From Lingula anatina (lineage: Eukaryota > Animalia > Brachiopoda), in contig CM120640.1 of NCBI GenBank assembly GCA_051362555.1, positions 18,228,001 through 18,292,000 of the forward strand: 64,000 nucleotides of DNA. Direction: 5' to 3'. Position 1 is the stretch's first letter, and the number at the start of each line of letters is the position of its first letter. Shown here one piece after another: positions 40,901-52,300 of this stretch. Below the pieces are notes generated by a model. It was not told the DNA's origin. It ran no database searches and saw nothing but the letters and a program-made list of their open reading frames with translations. The translations under genes were made by a program, and so were the position numbers.

Positions 40901-43900
40901 CATCAATTTTTAATTATAAAATATTAGTATCACGGATATTCAGGAAATGTGACAAGCAAAGGTCTTCAGGATCATGGAACTTCAAAGTCACACCTTGAAA
41001 ATGCCAATAAGTGAAAAATTAAATTTTCACAAAAAACTGTTTAATTGCCAGAAAAATTTACCAAACAGACTGCATTGCCTACTGGAGCTGTATTTTAGTC
41101 CCATGTTTCTTTCCTGTAAGTTTGAGAACAGTAAGTGACATGATTTTCCTTAAATGGTCATCATGGGAGCAGTGCCCAAAATAGGGGTTTCTTCAAATTT
41201 TCATGCAATATTACATAATGTTTTACAGCATAATGACCATCAATTTTTAATTATAAAATATTAGTATCATGGTTATTCAGAAAATGTGACTAGCAAAAGC
41301 CTTCAGGCCCATGGAACTTCAAAGTCACATATTGAAAATGCCAAAATGTAAACAATACAGCACTGTTCTGAAATGGGTTTTTTTCCATTTTTAACACTTT
41401 TTAAACATAAAACAAAATAAACAGTTTACTGCCATTTTTATATGACCAATGAAGAAAATTGATGAGATGGGAAAAGTATCAATAGAACAGTTTTAAATGC
41501 CCAACTTCCTCCATTCTGAGATTCTGAACATAGTGGATGAATGCATCTGACAAACTGCAATGATATGAGTGTATTTCCATTTTTGACACTTTATTACACA
41601 ATACATGATAACAAGTTTACCATCATTTTTACAAAATCAACTAACAATGTTGTAAAGATGCAGGAAATGCCAAACAAACACATTTACGTATCTTATTAGT
41701 TCAATAATGAGACTGTTAACATGCCTAAGAATTGAATGTGAGGAAATGTGAAAAAACAGCATTACCTTTTAAAATAATGGACTGATTATGCTGATTTTCA
41801 AACTCAACCTGCGTTTTAGTAAGATTGGCCCCTCCTGTGAGTATAATGACAATTGGCCAATCTGTTTTTCTTATATTGTGTTATCAGTGTTGCATATATA
41901 CTGAAAAAAGTGAAAAAAAACAGCATAAATTCCCTATAAGTGACCCGATCGTGCTGATTTTCGAACTTGACCTGCGTATTATGAATATTTATCAGTTCTG
42001 TAAGTTTCAAGCCAAAGGGTAAAACAGCTCTTCATTTATTGTGTTATCAGTGTTGCAAAAATGCTGAAAAAAAGTGAAAAAATAGCCTAAATTCACTAAA
42101 AATGACCCGATCATGCTGATTTTCGAACTTGACCTGCGTATTATGAATATTCATCAGTTCTGTAGGTTTCAAGCCAAAAGGTCAAATGGTTTTCCATTTA
42201 TGGTGTTATCGGTGCTGCATATATGCTGAAAAAAGAGAAAAAATAGCCTAAATTCACTAAAAATGACCCAATCACGCTGATTTTCGAACTTGACCTGCGT
42301 ATTATGTATATTCATCAGTTCTGTAAGTTTCAAGCCAAAAGGTAAAATGGTTTTCCACTTATCGTGTTATCGGTTCTGCATATATGCTGAAAAAAGTGAA
42401 AAAACAGCATAAATTCCCTATAAGTGACCCGATCATGCTGATTTTCGAACTTGACCTGCATATTATGAATATTCATCAGTACTGTAAGTCTCAAGCCAAA
42501 AGGTACAATGGTTTTCCACTTATCGTGTTATCGGTTCTGCATATATGTTGAAAAAAGTGAAAAAACAGCATAAATTCCCTAAGAGTGACCCGATCATGCT
42601 GATTTTCGAACTTGACCTGCGTATTATGAATATTCATCAGTTCTGCAAGTTTCAAATCAAAAGGCAAAATGGTTTTCCACTTATCGTGTTATCGGTAAAA
42701 GTGCACGGCGACGGCGACGGCGACAGCGACGGCGGCGACGACGGCGACGACAGACGCAGATGATGGCTATATGTACAGACACATCTGTGTCTGTACATAA
42801 AAATGTACATAGTAGAAGCTGGGGTAGCGCTAACACTCGCCAATTTAGCCAAATGCTAAAACTTACTTAAATTGGCTAAACAAAAAGGGCTTGATTTGAC
42901 TCATTTTAGTCAAATTAACACCATTTGGATAACAAATTGACAAAAAAGTGATAATTTGGCTAAGCGAAAAAAATTGCTAGCGCTACCCCAGAGAAGAATA
43001 CCTACCGGTAGGTACAAATCTTCAAAACCAAATTGAGGACCCAAATCTTCGGTAAAAATGGCTAAAGATGAAAAGAAACTTAAAAACATATTAGATGCTT
43101 CCGTTAAATTAAACTTTTAAAATTCAAAACAACTCTTTCACCAAAATCCACTAAATTAAATATTATCTGCAGTTTATATCTATCACAAAATACGTTGTAG
43201 TCTATATCCATCACAAAATATGTTATAGCAAAGGAATGTGCCAACTTCCAAGGACTTTTTAGAAGTACCTGGCGAGCCTTCATTACTGTCTATTTCCATT
43301 TCCACCTCTTCATAATTGTCCAGTAGTACTAGAGGAGCATCGTTTTCCGCTTCTCTTGGGTCATGTGACCAATCTCCAGTCCTATCACTGCTCACTCCTT
43401 GGTGTCTCGGAGACTGAAACATTACAACTTAGAACTGAGCATTTTTCATATAATGGATGTGCACAATACAACAGAGCAAAGCACTTAGTGTCTTTCTGTC
43501 CCCAAAAAGTTGTTAAAGCTGAACATAACTAGAGGATCAGAGAGGCGATACCGCCTCCGAATATTGTACCACCAGCTGGAGCAAGCGCATTCATATAGAC
43601 CCCCACATATACAAAATAAGGAACACAGCCACCAGTCTTGTGCTTGACAAGCTGTAAAAATGCAATCAACAAGAATTTTCAAAATATGCAAAAAATATAT
43701 ATATTACTAAAAATGGTACAATCAAAGTTAAGTTCATCGCAAGGTAGGTCAAAGGTCAATTCCAAGGTCACAGTAAATTGCCAGTATATGACTTCCTATT
43801 CAACTTCAATAGTAACTATGGGCCTATCTCTGCCAGGTTTGGAGTTAAAAGAGAAAGAAATTAGCAGAGTTCACTTCATGATAATAAGTAGGTCAAAGGT

Positions 43901-46900
43901 CAATTTCAAGGTCACACAAGATTGCCAGTATATGACTTCCTATTCACGTTCAATAGTAACTATGGACCTATCTCTGCCAGTTTTGGAGATAAAGGGGAAG
44001 CAAACTATGCAAAGTTCAGTTCATGGTGAAAAGTAGGTCAAAGGTCAATTTTAAGGTCACATTTAGATTGCCAGTATATGACTTCCTATTCAACTTCAAT
44101 AGTAACTATGGACCTATCTCTGCCAGTTTTGGAGATAAAAGGGAAGCAAAATTTGCAAAGTTCAGTTCATGGTGAAAAGTAGGTCAAAGGTCAATTTTAA
44201 GGTCACATTTAGATTGCCAGTATATGACTTCCTATTCAAGTTCAATAGAAACTATGGACCTATCTCTGCCAGTTTTGGAGATAAAAGGAAGCAAAATTTG
44301 CAAAGTTCAGTTCATGGTGAAAAGTAGGTCAAAGGTCAATTTTAAGGTCACATTTAGATTGCCAGTATATGACTTCCTATTCAACTTCAATAGTAACTAT
44401 GGACCTATCTCTGCCAGTTTTGGAGATAAAAGGGAAGCAAAATTTGCAAAGTTCAGTTCATGGTGAAAAGTAGGTCAAAGGTCAATTTTAAGGTCACATT
44501 TAGATTGCTAGTATATGACTTCCTATTCAACTTCAATAGTAACTATGGACCTATCTCTGCCAGTTTTGGAGATAAAAGGGAAGCAAAATTTGCAAAGTTC
44601 AGTTCATGGTGAAAAGTAGGTCAAAGGTCAATTTTAAGGTCACATTTAGATTGCCAGTATATGACTTCCTATTCAAGTTCAATAGAAACTATGGACCTAT
44701 CTCTGCCAGTTTTGGAGATAAAAAGGAAGCAAAATTTGCAAAGTTCAGTTCATGGTGAAAAGTAGGTCAATGGTCAATTTTAAGGTCACATTTAGATTGC
44801 CAGTGTATGACTTCCTATTCAAGTTCAATAGTAACTATGGACCTATCTCTGCCAGTTTTGGAGATATAAGGGACTAAATGTTATAATTTTGGAGTTACCA
44901 TAATGTGCCATAAATTTCCTACAAAAAAAAATTAATTAAAATAAAGAAAAGGTCATTTTGGTCAAAATTCTTGAAATGGGAGGTGCTCTGAAGTTCCAGA
45001 TGTTCAAATTTGATGAAATAATGTCATTTTTGACCACAAGTTGTCTGCTTTGCCAAGCCTTATGTTTCATTTTTCCGCAGTTCAAAATTTATTATCCATT
45101 ACCGTACTGCACATTTTGCTTTCACCACCAATATGTACTTTTTGATACAGCTTAACTCGAAAACCGTATGGAATACAAAAAAACGGAGACCACCTCCAGT
45201 GTTGGGCTTTACATGCTCTACAAAATGCAAAAAAGAATGGGTGTCTAGCATTAACGGTTCCCGAATTAGAGACAGTTTTCAGTTTCGATATCTTATGGCC
45301 GCTACTCCCGTGAAAATGCACCGATTGACCCCAAATTCACGGAGATGAAAGATGACCTGAAGGGTAACACTTTCCATTAATATTATTAGTTAAGTCTGTG
45401 TGGTGTCTGAATAAGACCGCAAATAATTTTTTTTTCGGCAAAAATTTTGTTTTTTTGAAAATTTTGGCCCGTTTGACCTTAAAATAAAGGTCAAAGGTCA
45501 AATCCAAGGGCATATTTGAAATCTACACATATGACTTTTGGAAAGCTGTCTGTAGAAATTTTTCCCATAATTCCTTCTGTAGGGGAGATAATTAGCATTT
45601 AATTTTGCCATTTTTGGACAAGGGTGCATTGCAATGAGTGCCACACCTAGACCCCAATACCGACAAAGCCCAAATTTTACGTGGAACGAGTTGAGATTAT
45701 AGGTGACCTAAATCCAAGAGATGGGTATGGAGGCCCTTACCGTCTAGGAGGAGAAGCGGTAACGGTGACTTGGCGGCGGAGCCGCAGGAGCCGGCGGAGC
45801 CGCAGGAGCCGGCGGAACATACGGGTCGGGACTAAAACCATGTGTACCGCCAGCGCCTACGCTGGTGGTACAATAACCACAGCCACTCTGAATGAAGACA
45901 AAGATCTACGTAATGTTCTCAAATAAGGACAGACAAAACAATTAGTTGTCAAACTTTCACAAACTTAAAGAGCAAAATGAACCAATAGCTCTCAAACTTA
46001 TAGAGCAAAATGAACCCATAGAAGTTTTAGGAATGAGGCAAACAAACATATTAATACCTTGCTCTGACTCCTGGAGTTACCACTTGTTGTTGTGTTCCTG
46101 TCATTTGCAACCATCTTCATGAATCTTCTGTACTGCTCCTCTGGGTCATCAATTGACAGGACCGAGGCAATCAAACGAGGGCGTTCTGATTGGTCATCAA
46201 ATCTATGCTCTCCTCTTTCTCTTTGCCTCTCCCATTCTTTTTGTCTTTCTCGTTCAGATGACCTGCGCGTTGGTCTTTTTGTTCTCTCCAAGGACTGTCT
46301 GGCATATCGTCGAGAGGGACCTTTAGCAAGATAAGATATGTCAAAAATATTCCATATTTCATCTGCTTGTTATTTCATATTATAATTGGGCCACCTTTTA
46401 TCAACCTTGAATTCAGCCTTCTTGGAGGAACTACAAGAGAATCTACATATGAACAGACAAAAAGATCTTCTTTCTCCTGATTACTGACAGGTTATATGTA
46501 CAATTCAAAACATGCAAAATCAACTATGCAACAGCCATGAATTTGAATGCAAGACCAAAATTCTATGAACACTTATGTCAATGATATTTACCTCTTCTGT
46601 TACTTTGTTTTCTATGCACATCCTGTCTTCTGTAAGGTTCAGGTTTTCTAAGTGTTTCTTGCCTCCCCCTCCTTGGCTGCTTTTGGTCTTGAGATTTCTG
46701 TGGTTCATCTTCTGCTTTCTTTTGGAGAACAGGCTTTTTATCTAAATTCTTGGCTGCTGATGCTAGTGCAAGTAGTCTTAATTCAAGCTCATCAACATCT
46801 TCCTCTTCAGACTTTAGCTGAAAATAGACAATTTGAAAATATTTGCAATTCATAGTTTTCAATTCCAATTCCAGGATATATAAAACTTATCAGTGTTCAC

Positions 46901-49083
46901 ATTAAAAAAAAAAAGCATTCCTTTCCACAATGTTTAAAATAATACACTTTTATCTCAGCCTGTTCAGTGCCATATATTACCCTATGAAGATGCTCCTTTT
47001 TCCCTCCCCCATAACAATACAAGCAGTGAAACTGGACAAAACCCAAGCAATTTTTCCATTCTTGTGTCCTGCATTTTACAGCAAAATTGTCCTGGTGTAC
47101 CATTTACCCAGCCCAATTAGGCAATTTTTTTTCAACCTTTACTTGATTCACCAGTAACTGTGTCACCCAGTACTGCCTTACACATGTTCATACTACCTTG
47201 GCTCCAGGGTCTAGAGTTTGGTCTTCACTCCCTGGTTGCCCATTTTCAGTATGTGCAGTAGACGTAACTGTGTCTGCAAATTAAAAATTCACTCCTGTAT
47301 CATTCATATTATGTTAACTATTAAATTTAAAAGCCACTTAAATGTACAAGTAACAAATCAAAATGTTGACCCTGTACATCTGACAAAACCGTCCTACTTA
47401 ATCTACCATAACACCACATTATGTTCAAACTGGTTAAAATCGATCTTACCAAGTTCATCTATTTCTCTCTTTTTTGATCCTGTATCTTCTCCACCAAGCA
47501 ATTTTGATGCCTGCTCATCTTCCTTCCTTAATACATCCAGTTGTTTTTGAACCAATTTATACCTCAGAAGCAGTTCATTATAATCTCCATCACTTTTATC
47601 TATGGGTTTATCTCCAGATGTTGGTCTTGGTTTGGATTGACGCCCATTACTACGATGCCTTTCTCTAACAGCTGTGACAGTTGAGGAATAATCACAAAAA
47701 TGTCTGGTGATAATTACAAACTCACGTTTCTCATGCCAGAAAAACTAAGTAGGAAAGCTGACAACTATACAGACATTTAATAGAGAAGTTATTATATGAG
47801 CGTAATTGCTCCAATTTAATGTCAACCAGAAGATTCCAATAGCAATCTTTGGTAAAAATAATCTGATCGGAATAATGATGGTTTTTGAAAATATTTAACA
47901 AATGAAGACACTGAAGCAAATTTTAAGTAAAATAAAAATATCTTTGGCACTTGAAGGATAAACATTGCCATAATACATGCAAAAAAAAAGGCAAAAAAAA
48001 TTACCTAATGATGCCAATTTTTTAAAAAGTTACCTTCGTTTTTATCAAACAATTCTACTCAGTAAAATGTGAAAGAAAAAAAAAAAAGTTAAGCAGTTAT
48101 AGGGTGAACAACAGATCAAACACAGAACACAGATAAATCAGAATATAGACAGCCACTACTGTACCAAATGTGTTGTACATGGAATGAAGCCTCAATTTAA
48201 CTTTGTCAAAACAAGTGTGCCATACATTAAAAGAGACAACTAAAGTTAATCTGTTCCATTAGAACCCTCAGACTTAGACACTTGTGTGATTAAACAGAAT
48301 ATCATACCCTGACAATGCCTTGGAGATTTAAAGGTTAAAAACATATTTATATTATTGTAACATTTAAATCTTTCAACACCAATGGATTCCAAAGAGTAGG
48401 CTTTGTATAAGATTACATTCTTAACACAATGTTATGTCGAATTAAAATTTAATGTTACAGAAAAAATTCTCCAAACTTTCATACTCGTTGCAAAAAGCAC
48501 CCCTATAATGTCTTCATTAAAAGATACGCCTATTGGTGTCTCTTGAACCAGAATTTCTCCTCCAGTCTTGAGCTGCTGCCATGGGGTCTCTCTCCATTCC
48601 CCAGGGGTGGTACCTTGGCGGGGATGAATAGTGAGGGGGGCGGTGGGGTATGCGGGAGGGGGGCTGATGATGGGGTTCATTGTGATGATTAATGGGACCA
48701 TGAAATGTTGGGGATAGTGACCTACTCACAGGGGGTCTGGCCCAGAAATGGCTGGACGGAGATGGAGGCGAGGGAGGGGATGCTGGCCTCCGAGATTGTT
48801 GACGGGGAGTTGTTTTAGAGTTTTTTCCATGACGGTATTTTTCAAGTATTCTGCTGCTGGCCTGCCTGGTTCTCGACCTCGTAGGCGTTCGTTTATTCAC
48901 CAGGTCTAAGCCTGGGATATCTACGGCGTCTTCGGGTCTGTTCACTAGGTCAAGTCCTGGAATGTTCACTTCTTGATTTGGGTCATCTTTTGCTTCGCCC
49001 TCTTCTTCAGAATCTCCTTTTATTTCTCCATCGTCTGATAATTCTCCTTCCTCGCGCCCACTTACATCTTCTTCCACTTCCAT
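21740..49083 (-). CDS. ZFC3H1: Zinc finger C3H1 domain-containing protein (PAXT nuclear exosome adaptor), about 1969 aa
   Basis: 34 phase-consistent exons: 48528-49083, 47450-47671, 47197-47273, 46592-46817, 46058-46320, 43246-43413, 38795-38983, 38540-38632, 38066-38182, 37502-37872, 36977-37151, 36034-36804, 35674-35766, 35274-35383, 35009-35137, 34610-34731, 34301-34402, 34076-34183, 33713-33890, 33153-33345, 32598-32783, 32219-32386, 31571-31749, 31227-31347, 30524-30607, 30199-30302, 29811-29921, 29390-29494, 29061-29223, 28753-28853, 23889-23990, 22738-22777, 22126-22188, 21740-21859 (5910 nt). Family motifs: REEGELSD, ELELRLLALASA, DNYEEVEMEIDS, SPLLNFRSYRFSPYF, zinc finger CRFDLKGTCNEECPWQH, HAT/TPR region (QLWIKLAY, ALNVLARGLEAN, SLWKD). 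A few boundaries in low-complexity exons are less certain. Confidence 0.92.
23315..23523. mobile_element. Small TIR element (MITE, PIF/Harbinger-like termini)
   Basis: GGGGCTGGTTTCGCAAAAGA ... TCTTCTGTAAAACCAGCTCC imperfect terminal inverted repeats; no clear TSD. Confidence 0.55.
24872..25038. mobile_element. MITE family A copy nested in element A (inverted relative to the 7670 and 50316 copies), TSD AATAA
   Basis: Reverse-complement similarity to 50316-50483; AATAA on both flanks. Confidence 0.7.
25268..25504. mobile_element. Short HINE-like element nested in element A
   Basis: AACTAGAAAAGCAC...GACCTCTGCCAAGG at the 5' end, GACAGACAAACA microsatellite, then the inverted copy CCTTGGCAGAG near the 3' end. 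Repeated at 39681-39917. Confidence 0.6.
25551..25617. repeat. (TA)n microsatellite inside element A
   Basis: Seen directly; much shorter at the homologous site of copy B (39965-39980). Confidence 0.95.
27476..28065. repeat. ~161-bp tandem repeat array in element A (3 conserved units plus 1 diverged)
   Basis: GACCCGATCATGCTGATTTTCGAACTTGACCTGCG-type motif recurs at about 27637, 27797 and 27958, diverged at 27476. Confidence 0.9.
32993..33102 (-). pseudogene. Intronic, frameshifted duplicate of ZFC3H1 exon 29061-29223 (pseudo-exon)
   Basis: Aligns by eye to 29081-29192: EVSEFHRLSHLCLQITPISFPLLFC versus EVSVLRDLNRRCLQTTPVSFPLPFC, followed by a 2-nt deletion. Confidence 0.75.
34862..34926. repeat. 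(TA)n microsatellite
   Basis: Seen directly, in the intron that splits the C3H1 zinc finger. Confidence 0.95.
39111..42803. mobile_element. Composite non-autonomous Helentron/HINE-like element, copy B
   Basis: Same termini, nested MITE (39273-39440), nested short HINE (39681-39917) and 3' hairpin as copy A. Lacks about 400 bp present in A (25955-26355), and has an extra ~350-bp unit and more 161-bp units. Confidence 0.8.
41780..42695. repeat. ~161-bp tandem repeat array in element B (5 conserved units plus 1 diverged)
   Basis: Unit motif recurs at about 41942, 42104, 42265, 42426 and 42587. Confidence 0.92.
42819..42991. mobile_element. MITE family B (TIR CTGGGGTAGCGCTA, 5-bp TSD AGAAG)
   Basis: CTGGGGTAGCGCTA...TAGCGCTACCCCAG perfect 14-bp TIR, with AGAAG at 42814-42818 and 42992-42996. 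Confidence 0.85.
43528..45876. mobile_element. Second family of HINE-like element (element C) with an internal satellite array
   Basis: Starts AACTAGAG; TTGTACCACCAGC at about 43565 is the reverse complement of GCTGGTGGTACAA at the 3' end. GC-rich microsatellite at 45772-45816 and terminal hairpin at 45843-45872. The 5' boundary is inferred. Confidence 0.7.
43745..44872. repeat. ~146-bp tandem repeat, about 7.7 units
   Basis: AGGTCAAAGGTCAATT recurs at about 43747, 43890, 44035, 44181, 44326, 44472 and 44618, with a one-mismatch copy at 44764. Confidence 0.95.
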
Positions 49084-49390
49084 ATATCCCCTTTTTCTTT
49101 ATAATTTATCATATAATAGCATTTTTTTATTTCTTCAATACTGCTCCTAGAAGAAGATGGCGACCTCATGCGCTGTTTAACACCGCCAGGCGGCTTACAA
49201 GAGACGCTAAGTATGTTCGTATCTCGATTAACGTTAATTCTGTTAGTATAATGAGTATCCACCAAATTTAAGTTACATGAAAATTGCACATCCCATTTTA
49301 CAAGTACAAAGTTATTTGAGAATCAGTATCAAACCCATATCGAACCACTTATCAAACCAAGAAACCTACCAAGGCTTTTCGTGGGCTAAT
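49084..49390. promoter_or_regulatory. Bidirectional promoter region shared by ZFC3H1 and WARS2
   Basis: Divergent start codons 307 bp apart; YY1-like AAGATGGCG at about 49154; more CpG than the neighbouring introns. Confidence 0.7.
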
Positions 49391-52300
49391 ATGGCGCTAC
49401 CCAGCACAAGGCGTGGATTCCGAACTGCAATGCGTTTATCGAAGCAATGCAGCTTGACTCATTCATCAACTGCTAAGAGAACGTATGCAGAGACAAAGAT
49501 TAAAAAGAAGCCAAAGGTATGAAATGTCTCTTGGCCGTGTTGCTTTGTCAAACCCCTCTCTTCACTCGCGCTCTCCCCCCCCCCAATTCTCTCTCTCCTC
49601 TCTCTCTCTCTCCCTCTCTCTCTCTCGTATATATGAATCATTTTTGAAAAACAGTTAGAGAACATCTTAGATCAGATCTGATAATGTTGTCACATGTTCA
49701 CTTGAACATATGTCATAAACTGAAAACGTTTTAGGTTAGATCTATACTCACATTTTATTTCCCCCTATTTTTTTTTAACCTTTCATGCTTTTGAAAACTG
49801 GGGGAGGGGGGGAAAACGCTACATGATTTGGTAAGTTAGTACTTGGACAGCTGTGTCTTTTCTGTAGTACCCAGTTTAATCTCTGGTCGCCTTCATCATT
49901 CATCGATTGGTTTTTACATTCTTTTTTCAGGGTATATTTGCCAAATGCCCTCCAACAGTGTTCTCTGGTATCCAGCCAACTGGGATTCCTCACATTGGGA
50001 ATTATCTTGGTGCAATAAAAAACTGGGTTCACATGCAGAATACACACCAAAGAGTGTTATTTTGTATTGTAGATTTGCATTCAGTAACACTGCCACAGAA
50101 TCCCAATGCATTGAGGTAGATTCATTACAAATGTATTTAAAATATACTGTAATTCCATGCATGTCGATAAACTATTCTTTTTATCAAGCAATTTAAAATG
50201 ACTTGTAGGGCACAACCTCATAGCATTATTATTAATATATGTAATTTTTTTTTTAAACCCTTAAGCTTTATTGTCATGCTGGCAGGTTTTTGGATTTTAT
50301 GTACATTGTGATATGCAGGGGTGGATTTAGGCCGTCTTCTGGGTCTTCTGGAAGACGGTCAAAATTTTAAGATGACATTGACGGGTATCTAATTTTTTCT
50401 GTCGGAAGACAGTCAAAAATGGAGGATGGATCAACTAAGTTAATTTGGAAGACTGTCAGAAAATATCTCTGGATCCGCCCCTGATATGAAAATAAACTTT
50501 AGAAGCCTTTTAGTTCTACAGTACTGTCATGCTATGTCTATGGCTAAAAAATTATTCATATTATTTTTAATCTTTAGGCAGAGTATTTTTGATACTGCGG
50601 CCTGTTTGTTGGCATGTGGAATTGATCCTGACAAGGCCATTCTATTCCAACAGTCAGATGTAAGTGTAAATGGAAATTGTAAATTAATTATAAAAAAGAA
50701 GTTACAGATTTTGAAACTGATTCTGATGAAGATTGTACTGTCAATATTGACTGCTTTTACAAAAATAACTGATATGATGCATTTTGTATTAGAGGAGTTG
50801 TTTTGAAGCTATATAGGTTAAGTTACATAAGTCTGTCATCTCACCTAATTTCTTTATCTGAATACTGACATAAAAATATTTTTTAAAAATTTATTTCAAC
50901 TATGCCATCCTGGCATATTTGCACATCAGTAGCAGTTTATTATAGGTGCCACAACATTCGGAGCTATGCTGGGCTTTTACTTGTTTGACAACTTTGCCAA
51001 GAATACAGTCTCTCCCACAGTGGAAGGTGAGATTTTTAATATTCCAAATTTTTGTCGGGGATGAAACTTCTAATTCTGTAAGGTTAAACCTTTGTTTTTG
51101 TTAGGTGTCATGGCACATTGTCAGAGGTCTTATATTGTTTCATGGTTGAGAATATTTTACTAATTTAGTAATTTTTTATTCATTTTTTCCAAGTTTTTAA
51201 ACATTATCAATCTATTTTTGCAGGAAAAGTCGGAAAAATATGCTAAAGATATTAATGTTGGTCTTATGACATATCCAATCCTACAGGCAGCAGATATACT
51301 TCTTTATAAGTAAGAAATGGGTTTACATCAGTTATATGTTTCTACACTTTTATTCGACATATGTAGTATTATGATTGTTGAACAGATTGTCTTTTTGTTA
51401 ACTTAATATCATTATGGTGCATCAGTGAGAGACTTTGAAACAATTTTTCTAAACCTAAAAAGTTATTTTTAAATACTCTACTATGTATTCTGCTCAATGA
51501 AACATTTAATCCATGTTGGGGCCATTCAGAATGGATGATCCGATTACTAACTGATCCACCGACTAAATACAGCCGACTCCACATCAAAAACAATGCTGCT
51601 AATTTCATAATGGTCTCCCTGCCTCCACATGCGCCATCGCTGCAGGGGCCTTGAAATTAAACCTTGGAGCCAAGACTTAATTCGTTTAAAGGCGTGTGAG
51701 GAGGCAGGGAGGCCATCGGGAATCAGCAGCATCGCTGTTGAAGTGTGGTCTGCCATATTTAGTTGGCGGATCATTTAGTACTCTGAACATTTATTCTGAA
51801 TGGCCCCATCGTCTCATTTATATGAAACAGGCAGTTACATATGGTTATAATTGTATGTTTTCACTATTGTTTCAGAGGAACAGAGGTGCCAGTTGGTGAA
51901 GACCAGATACCACATGTAGAATTGGCCCAAGATTTAGCAAGAATATTTAACTATCGTTTTGGAGAATTTTTTCCAAAGGCATCAGCAGTCATTCCAAGTA
52001 ATAGCAAAATAAATTATTTTCAAAATTCTTGGTGTATAACCTTAAATCCAATTGCTAAATATGAAAACGCTGCATGGTTGTCAATTTATATTATGTAAAA
52101 ATGCATGTCAAAATGTTTAAGATAGATTTTTAAAATTAATAAAAACAAATATCTTAAGATAGGTCAGTTAAAATTATTGCATGTTATTTTTGCTTTGGCT
52201 CATATGAATATGACACTGAATTCTCTTTTCATTTTATTTTTTTCTAAAAGAATCTGCAAGGATCAAGAGTTTACGAACACCCACCAGCAAGATGAGCAAA

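Noticed and set aside
41780-44872. Regular arrays that could be mistaken for CRISPR
   Set aside because: Whole 161-bp and 146-bp units repeat with no unique spacers, there are no cas genes, and the context is a eukaryotic intron.
45681-45926. Arg/Ser-rich protamine-like ORF (RRSRRSRRSRRSRR)
   Set aside because: It is the translation of the subterminal microsatellite of element C.
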